Positions 19,652 to 29,056 of a stretch of 64,000 bases of DNA are shown here, in pieces (within the stretch, counting starts at the first letter, position 1; the number at the start of each line of letters is the position of its first letter). The stretch comes from Candidatus Latescibacterota bacterium (GTDB taxonomy: Bacteria > Latescibacterota > UBA2968 > GCA-2709665). The translations under genes were made by a program, and so were the position numbers. Under the pieces are notes generated by a model, which saw only the letters and a list, made by a program, of their open reading frames with translations, searched no databases and had not been told where the DNA came from. The DNA lies in contig OZ242180.1 in assembly GCA_965205485.1 (NCBI GenBank), positions 4,192,001-4,256,000 of the forward strand, given 5' to 3'.

Positions 19652-22054
19652 ATGACCGGAAAAGTCGCGCATGGGATGTGGTTGAGCCTGCTTGCGGCGG
19701 CCCTGCTGATGGTTGCCGATGCCGATTCCGGTGTGCCCGGTGACTTCACCGGAGACGGTCACGTGGGCTTCGAGGACTTCGTCGCCTTCGTCCGCAACTT
19801 TGGCACGTCCGCGTCCGACGACGCCTTCGACGGACGATTCGATCTGAATCTCGACGGGCGCGTCGGTTTCAGTGACTTCGTTCTGTTTGCGGCGGCTTTC
19901 GGAGAGGCGCGTACCGACCTCCGTGAAGATCCCGTCTACCTGGACGAGCAGATCAAGCACATCAGCGATACCGATCTCTTTGCCGCGATGGATCTGAACC
20001 GCGCCGGGCTGGAGGACGTGAAGCGCGCCGTCGACCAGGCGGACTACGACGCTGCGTACAAAGCCTGGGGTACTTACTGGGACACCCGACCGGGATACGC
20101 CTATATCAACGCCGTCATCCCCTCTTTCACCGTGGAAGAGGCCTTCCGGTTCTTCAGTACGAGATCCTATACCGCGGTGGCTGACCGTGTTGCCGCCCAC
20201 AATATCACGGGATGGGGCGGCGTCAACATCCAGCACGGACCGGTCGTGGACTTCAATGCGGACTACGGCAGCGGCGGGAAATACGGTTTTCACTACTGGG
20301 AGTGGTCCCAGCCCCTGCTGTGGGCTTACCTGGGCACGCGGAACACGAAGTATCTGGACGCTTTCGACCAACTCTTCAACCAGTGGTACGAACAACGTGA
20401 CGACGTCGTGGGCGCCGACGCGGACAAGCATCCGATCTGGTATGAACTGGGACTCGGAGCACGCCGGAACCGTGTATTTCTGGAGTTTTACCGTCTGAAC
20501 CGCGGAAGGCTCACCGCAGCGACCCACGAACGGCTCCTGAAGAACTTCCTGGGATCGGCGCGCTGGCTGTACGAACTGCAAAAGCAGGGGTACCGTTCGG
20601 GCAACTGGCAGGTGATGGGCTCCTACGCCCTGGCGGAACTGGGCCTCAACTTCTCCGAGTTCCGGGAAGCCGGCCGCTGGGTCTCACTCGGCGTTCACAG
20701 GATCGAGGAGCATCTGTCAAAGGACTTCTACGAAGACGGCTGCCATTCCGAACGTTGCCCGTCGAGCTACTCCAATGTCGTCTATCGCGATCCGAGGAAT
20801 CTCGCCCACCTTCTGGAGAAGTTCGGCGGTCACGAGGAGCGGGCGGCCGGCCTGCGCCCGCCTCTCGAACGGACCCTGAATCACTGGATGTACCTGATCA
20901 GCCCGCTGGGCACCCAACCCGCGGTCAATGACGGAGGCCGGGCGCGGTTCGACCGGGACGTCTTTGTGGACGGCGGGCGCATCTTCGACCGGCCTGACCT
21001 TCTGTGGGTCGCCAGAAATCTGCTCGGGGCCGACATTGACGACAACGCCGAACCGCCTTCCAGGACGTCAATCGACTTCCGTCCATCGGGATTCGCCGTC
21101 ATGCGTATGGACTGGACACGGGAAAGCCCATATCTGGTTGTCAATTACGGCGACTGGGGCGGCGGGCATTATCACTACGACATTCTCAGTTTCGAAATGT
21201 TCGCGTACGGCACAGCGCTTGCCGTCGACGCCGGGCTGGGCGTCAGTTACGACGATCCGCTACACCGGCCCTGGTATATAAGCTCCAAAGCGCACAACAT
21301 GCTCGTAATAGACGACCGGAATCTCGATCGTCGCATCGCCGTGGGCGAGCAACCCATATGGAGCAGCCAGGGAGGCATGGACTACTTTTCCGCAGAACAC
21401 CGGGGATATCGCGCTCTGGGAGTCCGGCATCGGCGGCACCTTCTGTTCGTTAAACCTGTGAGATCCGTGAACGAGACAAAACCCTACTTTCTGATATTCG
21501 ATTCCTTCTCCTCCGTCAATGCCGGCAGAACAGCTTCGTTTTACCTTCATTCCCCGACGCCGCTTCAGCGAGGCGGAACGGCGGTGTTTTCCGCGGAAGC
21601 GCCGGGTTTGCTCGTGGCCACGCCCGATTCCCCGTCCGTTCGCCTGGGTACGGGAATGGCGCATCTCGGGGGCATCCCCGGCCGGTGGCCCGCCCGGCAA
21701 CTCATCCGGTGGGCTTCCCTGGACCTGATCACGTCGGGCGACGGCGTGGTGGACGATCTCGCCGTGTTGCTCTATCCGTTCAGGAGCATGCCGCTGCCGG
21801 GCGTGCGAATCCACCGTGGAGAAAACGAAGGTCCGGGCGGAACCGCGTACCTGATCGTGGAACACGGCGGCGGCACGGATCACATCGTCATATCGGACGG
21901 GAGGCACAGGACGTACGGCGCAAACGACGTGACCACCGATGCAATTTGCGCCGTTGTCAGGACCGATTCCGACGGCGCCTACCTCTCACACGCGGCCGTT
22001 TCAGGCACGAGGCTGATTTTCGGTGATCGGAACCTGGAGGTGCCATCGCCTTGA
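19652..22054 (+). CDS. Secreted heparinase II/III-like polysaccharide lyase with N-terminal EF-hand/dockerin-like module (paralogue 2)
   Basis: Collinear with and highly similar to paralogue 1; GGHYHYD variant. Confidence 0.85.
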   Translation: MTGKVAHGMWLSLLAAALLMVADADSGVPGDFTGDGHVGFEDFVAFVRNFGTSASDDAFDGRFDLNLDGRVGFSDFVLFAAAFGEARTDLREDPVYLDEQIKHISDTDLFAAMDLNRAGLEDVKRAVDQADYDAAYKAWGTYWDTRPGYAYINAVIPSFTVEEAFRFFSTRSYTAVADRVAAHNITGWGGVNIQHGPVVDFNADYGSGGKYGFHYWEWSQPLLWAYLGTRNTKYLDAFDQLFNQWYEQRDDVVGADADKHPIWYELGLGARRNRVFLEFYRLNRGRLTAATHERLLKNFLGSARWLYELQKQGYRSGNWQVMGSYALAELGLNFSEFREAGRWVSLGVHRIEEHLSKDFYEDGCHSERCPSSYSNVVYRDPRNLAHLLEKFGGHEERAAGLRPPLERTLNHWMYLISPLGTQPAVNDGGRARFDRDVFVDGGRIFDRPDLLWVARNLLGADIDDNAEPPSRTSIDFRPSGFAVMRMDWTRESPYLVVNYGDWGGGHYHYDILSFEMFAYGTALAVDAGLGVSYDDPLHRPWYISSKAHNMLVIDDRNLDRRIAVGEQPIWSSQGGMDYFSAEHRGYRALGVRHRRHLLFVKPVRSVNETKPYFLIFDSFSSVNAGRTASFYLHSPTPLQRGGTAVFSAEAPGLLVATPDSPSVRLGTGMAHLGGIPGRWPARQLIRWASLDLITSGDGVVDDLAVLLYPFRSMPLPGVRIHRGENEGPGGTAYLIVEHGGGTDHIVISDGRHRTYGANDVTTDAICAVVRTDSDGAYLSHAAVSGTRLIFGDRNLEVPSP

Positions 22055-22167
22055 AGACGAAAGGCGGATGGCGTTTCGTGAATTTCAGATGAATCCCGCA
22101 ACACCCACCGCTGTTGAGATGCCGATTTCACGCCGCGAACTACCTTAAAGAATTTTGAAATTTTCAC

Positions 22168-22250
22168 TTGACAAAACTCTATATTTGGTATTATAATAGC
22201 AATACCCCACAATATAGGGTCCTTTATCCCGAGGACCCTATATCTGTCCT
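22168..22250 (+). promoter_or_regulatory. nrdR-nrdJ promoter with NrdR boxes
   Basis: TTGACA(22168)-18 nt-TATAAT(22192). NrdR-box-like 16-mers at 22176 (ACTCTATATTTGGTAT), 22207 (CCACAATATAGGGTCC) and 22235 (ACCCTATATCTGTCCT). Confidence 0.8.
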
Positions 22251-22286
22251 TATCCCCGCTCTCCGTGTGGTTTCGGGAGAACTCAC

Positions 22287-22751
22287 ATGAGATGTCCCTA
22301 CTGTGGAACAGTGGAGGACAAGGTCGTAGACTCCAGGTCCAGCAAAGAGTCAACGGCCATTCGCAGACGCCGGGAATGTCTGAATTGCGGTCGGAGGTTT
22401 ACCACCTACGAATCCATAGAAGACACGCCGCTGATGGTCGTCAAGTCGGACGGTCGACGCGAACCGTTCGACAAGAACAAGCTCTTTTCGAAGTTGCATC
22501 TCGCATGCAACAAACGACCCATTTCGATGGACCGGCTTGAAGAAATCGCAGACCGTATCGAAGCCAGGCTGAGCGGCACCGGCGAACGTGAGGTTGAGGC
22601 TAACGATATCGGCGAACTGGTGATTAATGAACTAAAGGACCTCGACCAGGTCGCCTATGTCCGTTTTGCATCAGTCTACAGGCAGTTCAAAGACCTGAGC
22701 GATTTCGAAAAGGAACTTCGGCAACTCGCTTCCCCTCAAGCCGGCGGCTGA
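22287..22751 (+). CDS. nrdR: Transcriptional repressor NrdR
   Basis: MRCPYC..VVDSR..IRRRREC..CGRRFTTYE, ATP cone, VAYVRFASVY. Confidence 0.97.
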   Translation: MRCPYCGTVEDKVVDSRSSKESTAIRRRRECLNCGRRFTTYESIEDTPLMVVKSDGRREPFDKNKLFSKLHLACNKRPISMDRLEEIADRIEARLSGTGEREVEANDIGELVINELKDLDQVAYVRFASVYRQFKDLSDFEKELRQLASPQAGG

Positions 22752-22815
22752 ACCGGATTCACTCCCCTCTCGCTGTCGTCACCGGACGCGCCTTTCCCCT
22801 TCAGATGCGTCTCAG

Positions 22816-23026
22816 GAAGCTGTTTTAAAAACCCCAGCGGCCTTCGCGCGGCTGCAAGTGCGCCGGTCGGCGTTCGTCAAAACCGGCCTTAACGGTGGAT
22901 GAAGGCGGATTCTCCCGTCGGCGCTACGCGCCCCTCGCCCCTCGGCACTGCGCGCCCCTCGTGCCTCTTAACCGCCACTTTTTTGCTCGCGCTCCAGAAC
23001 TTACCAGGAATACAAGGACAACATCC
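22816..23026. mobile_element. MITE-like repeat, copy with degenerate right end
   Basis: Collinear with 48139-48352 (GAAGCTGTTTTAAAA, CGCCGGTCGGCGTT, AGGCGGATT.TCCCGTCGGCGCT, GCGCCCCTCG). Confidence 0.75.
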
Positions 23027-23165
23027 AAATCTTCAATATAGACCGACTGCGGTCCAGCATGAACAGGCGGTGCAGGACCTTTGCGGCTCGAATGCAGTTT
23101 AAAAGTCTGATCCTCATTGCCTTGCCGTTTCAAATCGATTCCAGATTTCCGGAGGAAGTCCACAT

Positions 23166-26100
23166 ATGAAGCTTGAACGCAGGCAGACCACACCCGGCCG
23201 GAATCCGTTGGATCAGGTCGAATACGTAAAGAAAACTTCCGTCATCACCAACCCCGACGGATCTGAAGTCTTTCGCATGGACCACGCCGAAGTCCCGGCC
23301 GAATGGTCCCAGCTGGCAACGGATATCGTCGTATCCAAATACTTCAGAAAACGGGGTGTGCCGGATACCGGACACGAAACTTCCGTGCGACAGGTGATGC
23401 ACCGGGTCGCCCGCACCATCCGCGGGGCCGGGGAGGACCAGGGCGGATATTTCGACTCGCCCGAAGACGCGGACACCTTCGAAGCCGAACTTGCCTACCA
23501 CCTCGTGCATCAAATGGGCGCGTTCAACTCGCCGGTCTGGTTCAACTGCGGGCTGTACCACGAATACGGCATTCAGGGAAGCGGCGGCAACTGGCACTGG
23601 GACAGGGAATGCGTATCCGAAACCGAAGACTCATATTCACATCCGCAGTGTTCCGCCTGCTATATCCAGTCCGTCCAGGACGACACCATGGACATTTTCG
23701 AATTGTTGAAGAGTGAAGTCCGACTCTTCAAATACGGATCGGGCACCGGTACCAACTTCTCCAGGATTCGTGGAAAAATGGAGAAGCTCTCCGGAGGCGG
23801 CGTCTCATCCGGCCTGATGTCCTTTCTGGAAGTCCTCGACCGGGGCGCCGGCGCCATCAAATCGGGCGGGACCACAAGACGCGCCGCCAAAATGGTCTGC
23901 CTGGACATGGATCACCCGGAAATACTCGACTTCATCAATTGGAAAGTAAGGGAAGAGAAGAAGGTCGCCGCACTTATGGCCGCCGGCTACAGTTCGGACT
24001 TTAACGGTGAGGCGTACCAGACCGTTTCCGGACAGAACTCCAACAACTCCGTTCGCGTCACCGACGCATTCATGCAGGCCTGTAAGGATGACGGCGAGTG
24101 GCACACCCGATTGCGCACAACCGGCGAAGTCCACGAAACGCACAGGGCCCGCGATCTCATGCGGCATATCGCGGAGGCCGCCTGGGCCTGTGCCGATCCC
24201 GGTATGCAGTACGACACCACCATCAACCACTGGCACACGTGCGCCGGCACCGACCGTATCTACGGGTCCAACCCGTGTTCGGAATTCATGTTCCTCGACG
24301 ACACGGCGTGTAACCTGGCCTCCATCAACCTCATGAAGTTCCTCAACGAAGATGGCACCTTCGATATCGACGGCTTCCGTTATGCGTGCGAAATCTTTTT
24401 CATTGCCCAGGAAATTCTGGTCGATTTCGCATCCTATCCCACACGGAAGATCGCTCGGAACAGCCACGATTACCGCCCCCTCGGCCTCGGTTACGCCAAC
24501 CTGGGTACTCTCCTGATGGTACAGGGGCTGCCCTACGACAGCGAGGGAGCAAGGGCGATCTGCGCCGCCATCACCGCGGTCATGTGTGGACAGGCCTACG
24601 CTACGTCGGCCCGAATGGCAGCCGACAAGGGTCCATTTCCCGGCTTCGACAAGAACCGCGGCCCCATGCTCAACGTCATGAACATGCACAGGGACGCCGC
24701 TCACAATATCGATGCCCGCGCATGCCCCCGTGAACTGCTTCGCGCCGCACAGGAAGACTGGGACCTGGCGGTCGAACTGGGAGAAAAATACGGCTATCGC
24801 AATGCGCAAGCCACAGTTATAGCGCCAACAGGCACCATCGGCCTGCTGATGGACTGCGACACAACCGGCATCGAGCCGGACTTCGCCCTGGTCAAGTTCA
24901 AAAAGCTCGCCGGCGGCGGCTATTTCAAAATTGTCAACCACGCCGTGCCCAAAGCCCTCGAAAGGCTCGGCTATTCCTCCGATGAGATCTCAGATATCCT
25001 CACCTACCTCAGCGGACGGCTGTCCCTGAAAGGCGCACCACATATCAACGTAGAGTCATTAACCGCAAGAGGTTTCAGCCCCGTGGACCTGGCAAAGGCG
25101 GAGGGTGCGCTACCCGGCGTCCTCGAGCTGGAATTCGCCTTTACGCCCTGGATTCTGGGAGACGGTCTGATGGGACGTTTGGGCTTTTCGTCCGAACAAT
25201 ACAGTGCGCCCGGATTCAACCTGCTTGCCGAACTCGGCTTTACCGGATCACAAATCGACGAAGCCAACGAATTCATTTGCGGTCGTATGACCGTCGAGGG
25301 AGCGCCCCACCTCAAGGATGAACATCTGCCCATATTCGACTGTGCGAACAAGTGCGGCAAACACGGCAGGCGCTTTATCGCACCCAAGGCCCATCTGGGC
25401 ATGATGTCCGCCGCACAGAAGTTTATCTGCGGCGCCATTTCCAAAACCGTAAACGTCCCCAATGAAACCACAGCCGAGGAAATCGAAGACCTTTATATCA
25501 AGGGCTGGGATCTGGGGTTAAAGGCCGTGGCCATCTATCGGGACGGCTCTAAACTTTCTCAGCCCCTTAGTACGGCCACGAAATCCGACGCCGACACCGA
25601 AGCAGCCGAAGCCGAAGAATCGCCCAAGCAATCAGCGGATGTCGGCCACGTTAAGTCAGCACCTGCGCCGGTCACGCTGGCGAGCCGGCCGACAAGACGC
25701 CGGCTCCCGAAAAAACGAAGCGGATTCACGCAGGAAGCGCGTGTCGCCAATCAGAAGGTCTTCCTTCGCACCGGTGAATACGAGGACGGCACCCTCGGGG
25801 AGATCTTCATCGACATGAGCAAGGAAGGAGCGCCTTTCCGCGCCATGCTGGACTGTTTCGCCATTGCCGTCTCCAAGGGCCTTCAACACGGCGTACCTCT
25901 CGAAGAGTTCGTGGACCGCTTCACCTTTACCCGTTTCGATCCCTGGGGTACCGTCGACCATCCCAATATCAAATTCGCCACCTCCGTTGTCGATTACATC
26001 TTCCGCGTCCTGGGCTACGAATATCTCGGGCGGACCGATTTTCTGCAGGTTAAACCGGAAGATATCGCATCCGATATCAACGATCATCACGATCTGGAAA

Positions 26101-26426
26101 ACGAAATGATTTCGCTCTCAACACAAAATCAGGAAGTCCCCGATACTCATGCCGAATCGCCGGGCGCTTCACCGCCGGCGGACCCCGCACCGAAAGCCAA
26201 TCCGGCGTCCAACGGCGCGTCGGGTGTGGGTTCACAACAATCGGCGTCCAACGGATCGTCGTCCCAAATGGAAGCGCACGCGCATCCCCAAACGGTGGTT
26301 CTGGACGGTCAGCTCTCGCAGATGATGGGAGACGCTCCATTTTGCGATACCTGCGGTCATATTACCGTACGTAACGGCTCGTGCTATCGCTGCCTGAATT
26401 GCGGGAATTCCGTTGGCTGTTCATAG
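23166..26426 (+). CDS. nrdJ: Vitamin B12-dependent (class II) ribonucleotide reductase
   Basis: FNSPVWFN, CSACYI, GGTTRRAAKM, NPCSE, CNLASINL, APTGTI, ISKTVN, YRDGSK, TSCPD-like domain and C-terminal CxxC..CxxC. Confidence 0.96.
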   Translation: MKLERRQTTPGRNPLDQVEYVKKTSVITNPDGSEVFRMDHAEVPAEWSQLATDIVVSKYFRKRGVPDTGHETSVRQVMHRVARTIRGAGEDQGGYFDSPEDADTFEAELAYHLVHQMGAFNSPVWFNCGLYHEYGIQGSGGNWHWDRECVSETEDSYSHPQCSACYIQSVQDDTMDIFELLKSEVRLFKYGSGTGTNFSRIRGKMEKLSGGGVSSGLMSFLEVLDRGAGAIKSGGTTRRAAKMVCLDMDHPEILDFINWKVREEKKVAALMAAGYSSDFNGEAYQTVSGQNSNNSVRVTDAFMQACKDDGEWHTRLRTTGEVHETHRARDLMRHIAEAAWACADPGMQYDTTINHWHTCAGTDRIYGSNPCSEFMFLDDTACNLASINLMKFLNEDGTFDIDGFRYACEIFFIAQEILVDFASYPTRKIARNSHDYRPLGLGYANLGTLLMVQGLPYDSEGARAICAAITAVMCGQAYATSARMAADKGPFPGFDKNRGPMLNVMNMHRDAAHNIDARACPRELLRAAQEDWDLAVELGEKYGYRNAQATVIAPTGTIGLLMDCDTTGIEPDFALVKFKKLAGGGYFKIVNHAVPKALERLGYSSDEISDILTYLSGRLSLKGAPHINVESLTARGFSPVDLAKAEGALPGVLELEFAFTPWILGDGLMGRLGFSSEQYSAPGFNLLAELGFTGSQIDEANEFICGRMTVEGAPHLKDEHLPIFDCANKCGKHGRRFIAPKAHLGMMSAAQKFICGAISKTVNVPNETTAEEIEDLYIKGWDLGLKAVAIYRDGSKLSQPLSTATKSDADTEAAEAEESPKQSADVGHVKSAPAPVTLASRPTRRRLPKKRSGFTQEARVANQKVFLRTGEYEDGTLGEIFIDMSKEGAPFRAMLDCFAIAVSKGLQHGVPLEEFVDRFTFTRFDPWGTVDHPNIKFATSVVDYIFRVLGYEYLGRTDFLQVKPEDIASDINDHHDLENEMISLSTQNQEVPDTHAESPGASPPADPAPKANPASNGASGVGSQQSASNGSSSQMEAHAHPQTVVLDGQLSQMMGDAPFCDTCGHITVRNGSCYRCLNCGNSVGCS

Positions 26427-26446
26427 CAATGCCGCGAGATAACATG

Positions 26447-26482
26447 CAGAAGGGCCGGACGAGTCGTCGTCCGGCCCTTCTG
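26447..26482. terminator. Terminator hairpin between convergent nrdJ and cytochrome genes
   Basis: Perfect 16-bp stem CAGAAGGGCCGGACGA / TCGTCCGGCCCTTCTG. Confidence 0.8.
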
Positions 26483-26505
26483 TTTCCTGTACCTGTATGA
26501 ATCGT

Positions 26506-27105
26506 CTATTCACCGGTCGAACGCGGCAGGAATTCAGCCGCGCCCGCATGGCAGGTTGCGCAGGTGACCGGCGTCCCGTCCGATGTGACCAGCGATCCCT
26601 CGTAGTGGTCCATCATATACTTCGCCATCTGCTTATGCCTTGTGGGCTGTTCCGGCGCGAGGCGTCCGTCCTCCCGCCTGACGTGACAAAACTCGCAGTT
26701 TACCCCAAGCGCCGACTCAATCGCCTTCATCTTCCGGTAAATCTCCCTCCGGGGCATACGCTCGGACAGATTGGAGGGTTTGGCGTTGGTGAGGTCCCGC
26801 GGAATAAAACGGGCGTTGCCGCGGTGGCAGGACATGCAGTCCAGCGCCTTTCCGTCCGGTGTTCTCAGGCCGTCCACAAAATGAACCTTCATGTGGACGG
26901 CTGTCTGCTTAAACAACGAAGGCGCCTTGAAATCAGGTTTTCCATCCGGTCCGCGTACCGTGTGACAATGAGTACACCGTACCCCTAGTGACGCGGCAAT
27001 TCGTTTCATATTCTCTTCGCTCGTGTCCATCACGTGGTCCCGGTCGGCGTGCGCGCCTGCCGTCGCGACGCCCATTACGAGCAAAATCAGCAACAGTTTT
27101 GTCAT
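26506..27105 (-). CDS. Periplasmic tetraheme c-type cytochrome (reaction-centre cytochrome/PufC-like motifs)
   Basis: Signal peptide; CTHCH, CMSCH, CEFCH and CATCH in two repeated MxxIxxxLGVxCxxCH...CxxCHxG units. Confidence 0.88.
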   Translation of the reverse strand: MTKLLLILLVMGVATAGAHADRDHVMDTSEENMKRIAASLGVRCTHCHTVRGPDGKPDFKAPSLFKQTAVHMKVHFVDGLRTPDGKALDCMSCHRGNARFIPRDLTNAKPSNLSERMPRREIYRKMKAIESALGVNCEFCHVRREDGRLAPEQPTRHKQMAKYMMDHYEGSLVTSDGTPVTCATCHAGAAEFLPRSTGE

Positions 27106-27117
27106 AACGCTACCTCG

Positions 27118-27160
27118 GAAGCCGTTTTAAATTTCCCATCGGACTTCGCTCGGCTGAAAA
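27118..27160. repeat. Left-end fragment of the MITE-like repeat
   Basis: GAAGCCGTTTTAAATTTCCCATCGGACTTCGCTCGGCTGAAAA vs GAAGCTGTTTTAAAATTCCCATCGGTCTTCGCACGGCTGCAAA at 48140. Confidence 0.75.
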
Positions 27161-27206
27161 CGGTCCACGTACACCCATGTATGCAATTACCGCATCCGCC
27201 TGAGAC

Positions 27207-28568
27207 TCAGTTCACACCGCCGGCAATTACGGACCGTCCGTCCACGCCAACGGGAACGTCCAGACCGACGGCGTCAAAAAGCGTTGGAAACACGTCGATC
27301 AGCCGGATCTGTTGCGGTAAGTCCGCTTTGCGATTGATGAAGAACATCGCGTCAGAAAACGTATGGGTGCCATTCACGGGGCCGCGATCCATCAATACCT
27401 CCTTATCGAAGCCGCCCTTCAGATCGTACCCCTCCGCTGGCATGGCAATCAGGTCCGGCGCCAGGTCGAAGGCATCGCCGGCATAGAGTTCCTCGCGTCT
27501 GAAGACCCTGTGGATCACCGGTTCACCCGTTGCCGGATTCCGGATCTGCATCAGACCGTCCGCGATGTCCCGTCTAAGCGCCTCGTATTCGGCGCCTGGC
27601 TCCACTCGCCCCCCGCGCTCACGACCCCTAAGGGAAAGATAGATGCGCCCGGGCAACAGCGAATAACATTGCGTTTCGGGCGCCAGGTCGCGAAGCCCGC
27701 TGGCCGTTCGACCGTGGAAACGCAGGAAACCGGCCTGGCGCAACCAGTAATTCAGATGCACTTCATACTTCAACTTGCAGAACCCATGGTCAGATACGAT
27801 CATCAGCAACACGTTTTCGTCAAGCCGGGACGCGACCTCACCAATGGCACGGTCAACCCGGGCATAAAACCTGTGGAACCAGGGCAGATACGACTCGCTG
27901 CCGTCCTCCGCCAGACCCCACAGAAAATGGTGCAACCTGTCCGTTTCCAGGACGTGGGCGACAAACAGCCCCCATGGCTCCCGGTCCAGGTAGTGAAACA
28001 TCGCGTCGAACCGCCGTTCCATGGCCTGGAAGACATCATCCAGAAACCGCTCCCGGTCCCTGCGGGCAAGCCACGCGTCGATGTCAATCCGATATCCCAT
28101 CGCAGACAGCTCGCTCGCCACCGCGGCGGGATAGGTCGCCCCGTTCAGGTCCGGCGCCAGGAATCCGGAAATGAGAATTCCGTTCACCGCCCCTGGCGGA
28201 TAGGTCGTGGGTACGCCCATGGAAAAGACGCGCCGGCCCATCCGGCTGAAAATCTCGGTCCAGGTTCTTGCCCGCATCGTTCTGGCCGTCGGAATGTACA
28301 TTTCATGGGTGTCCGGTACACGATCTATAAAGCCATAGATATTGTGCCTGCCCGGATTGCACCCGGTTACCATTGACGCCCATGCGACCGACGATACCGT
28401 TGGCAGGACCGACTCCATTCCCGCCAGGCTTCCGGTTTGCAACAGCGCCGAGAAGTTCGGCATCCGGCCTTCGGCGACAAACCGGTTCATCAGACTGCAG
28501 GGCGTGCCATCCAGCCCGATAATCACAGCCCGTGACGGCACGTCGCGAAGGCGGTTGAGCGGAATCAT
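27207..28568 (-). CDS. Alkaline-phosphatase superfamily (type I phosphodiesterase/nucleotide pyrophosphatase-like) protein
   Basis: IIGLDG, PTVSSVAWASMVTG, TDRLHH, VSDHGF, APDLI, GTH. Confidence 0.88.
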   Translation of the reverse strand: MIPLNRLRDVPSRAVIIGLDGTPCSLMNRFVAEGRMPNFSALLQTGSLAGMESVLPTVSSVAWASMVTGCNPGRHNIYGFIDRVPDTHEMYIPTARTMRARTWTEIFSRMGRRVFSMGVPTTYPPGAVNGILISGFLAPDLNGATYPAAVASELSAMGYRIDIDAWLARRDRERFLDDVFQAMERRFDAMFHYLDREPWGLFVAHVLETDRLHHFLWGLAEDGSESYLPWFHRFYARVDRAIGEVASRLDENVLLMIVSDHGFCKLKYEVHLNYWLRQAGFLRFHGRTASGLRDLAPETQCYSLLPGRIYLSLRGRERGGRVEPGAEYEALRRDIADGLMQIRNPATGEPVIHRVFRREELYAGDAFDLAPDLIAMPAEGYDLKGGFDKEVLMDRGPVNGTHTFSDAMFFINRKADLPQQIRLIDVFPTLFDAVGLDVPVGVDGRSVIAGGVN

Positions 28569-28585
28569 TTGAAATTACGGACGCT

Positions 28586-28625
28586 AAAAAAACCTCTGGC
28601 TCCCGAATCCACAGGGAACCAAAGG
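28586..28625 (-). terminator. Terminator of the tRNA-Arg/tRNA-His transcript
   Basis: Minus strand CCTTTGGTTCCC...GGGAGCCAGAGG followed by T7. Confidence 0.7.
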
Positions 28626-28646
28626 CGAGTGAAAGCGAAACGAAAA

Positions 28647-28724
28647 TGGGGTGAGTGAGGGGACTTGAACCCCCGACCTCCTGGGCCACAACCAGGCGCT
28701 CTAACCATCTGAGCTACACCCACC
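28647..28724 (-). tRNA. tRNA-His (GTG)
   Basis: GGTGGGTGTAGCTCAG...CCTGGTTGTGGCCCAGG...GTTCAAGTC...CACCCCA; G-1 and CCA encoded. Confidence 0.96.
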
Positions 28725-28740
28725 ACAAGCCTATGAAAAA

Positions 28741-28814
<74 letters not shown>

Positions 28815-28858
28815 CACAAGCCCCGCGCACGAAGCCGTCTGCTGGAAATCGGTGGATA

Positions 28859-28887
28859 AAGATAGCCGAATCTCCCGGTGGTGTCAA
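28859..28887 (-). promoter_or_regulatory. Promoter of the tRNA pair
   Basis: Minus strand TTGACA-17 nt-TATCTT. Confidence 0.65.
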
Positions 28888-29056
28888 GCAAAAACGGCGC
28901 AACCCATGGTTATGTAAAGAGCTGTAAATTTGAGCTCTATGTAGACACGTGAACGTAAATCCGTCTTGCTATCCGGACGCATGTAAGGTATATTTCAACC
29001 CGGAAAACCGGCACGGCCCCGGTGAGTTCATAACTTACGTATCGAGGAAACCCCGA

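Noticed and set aside
19498..19652. UGA readthrough fusing the two lyases (also tested at ybeY/corC-like, 50303/PqqD-like, nuoB/C and nuoK/L)
   Set aside because: The downstream ORFs are out of frame with the UGA.
26180..26262. Short repeat (ASNG twice) in nrdJ as an intein or insertion element
   Set aside because: It is a low-complexity linker before the C-terminal Cys domain, with no intein motifs.
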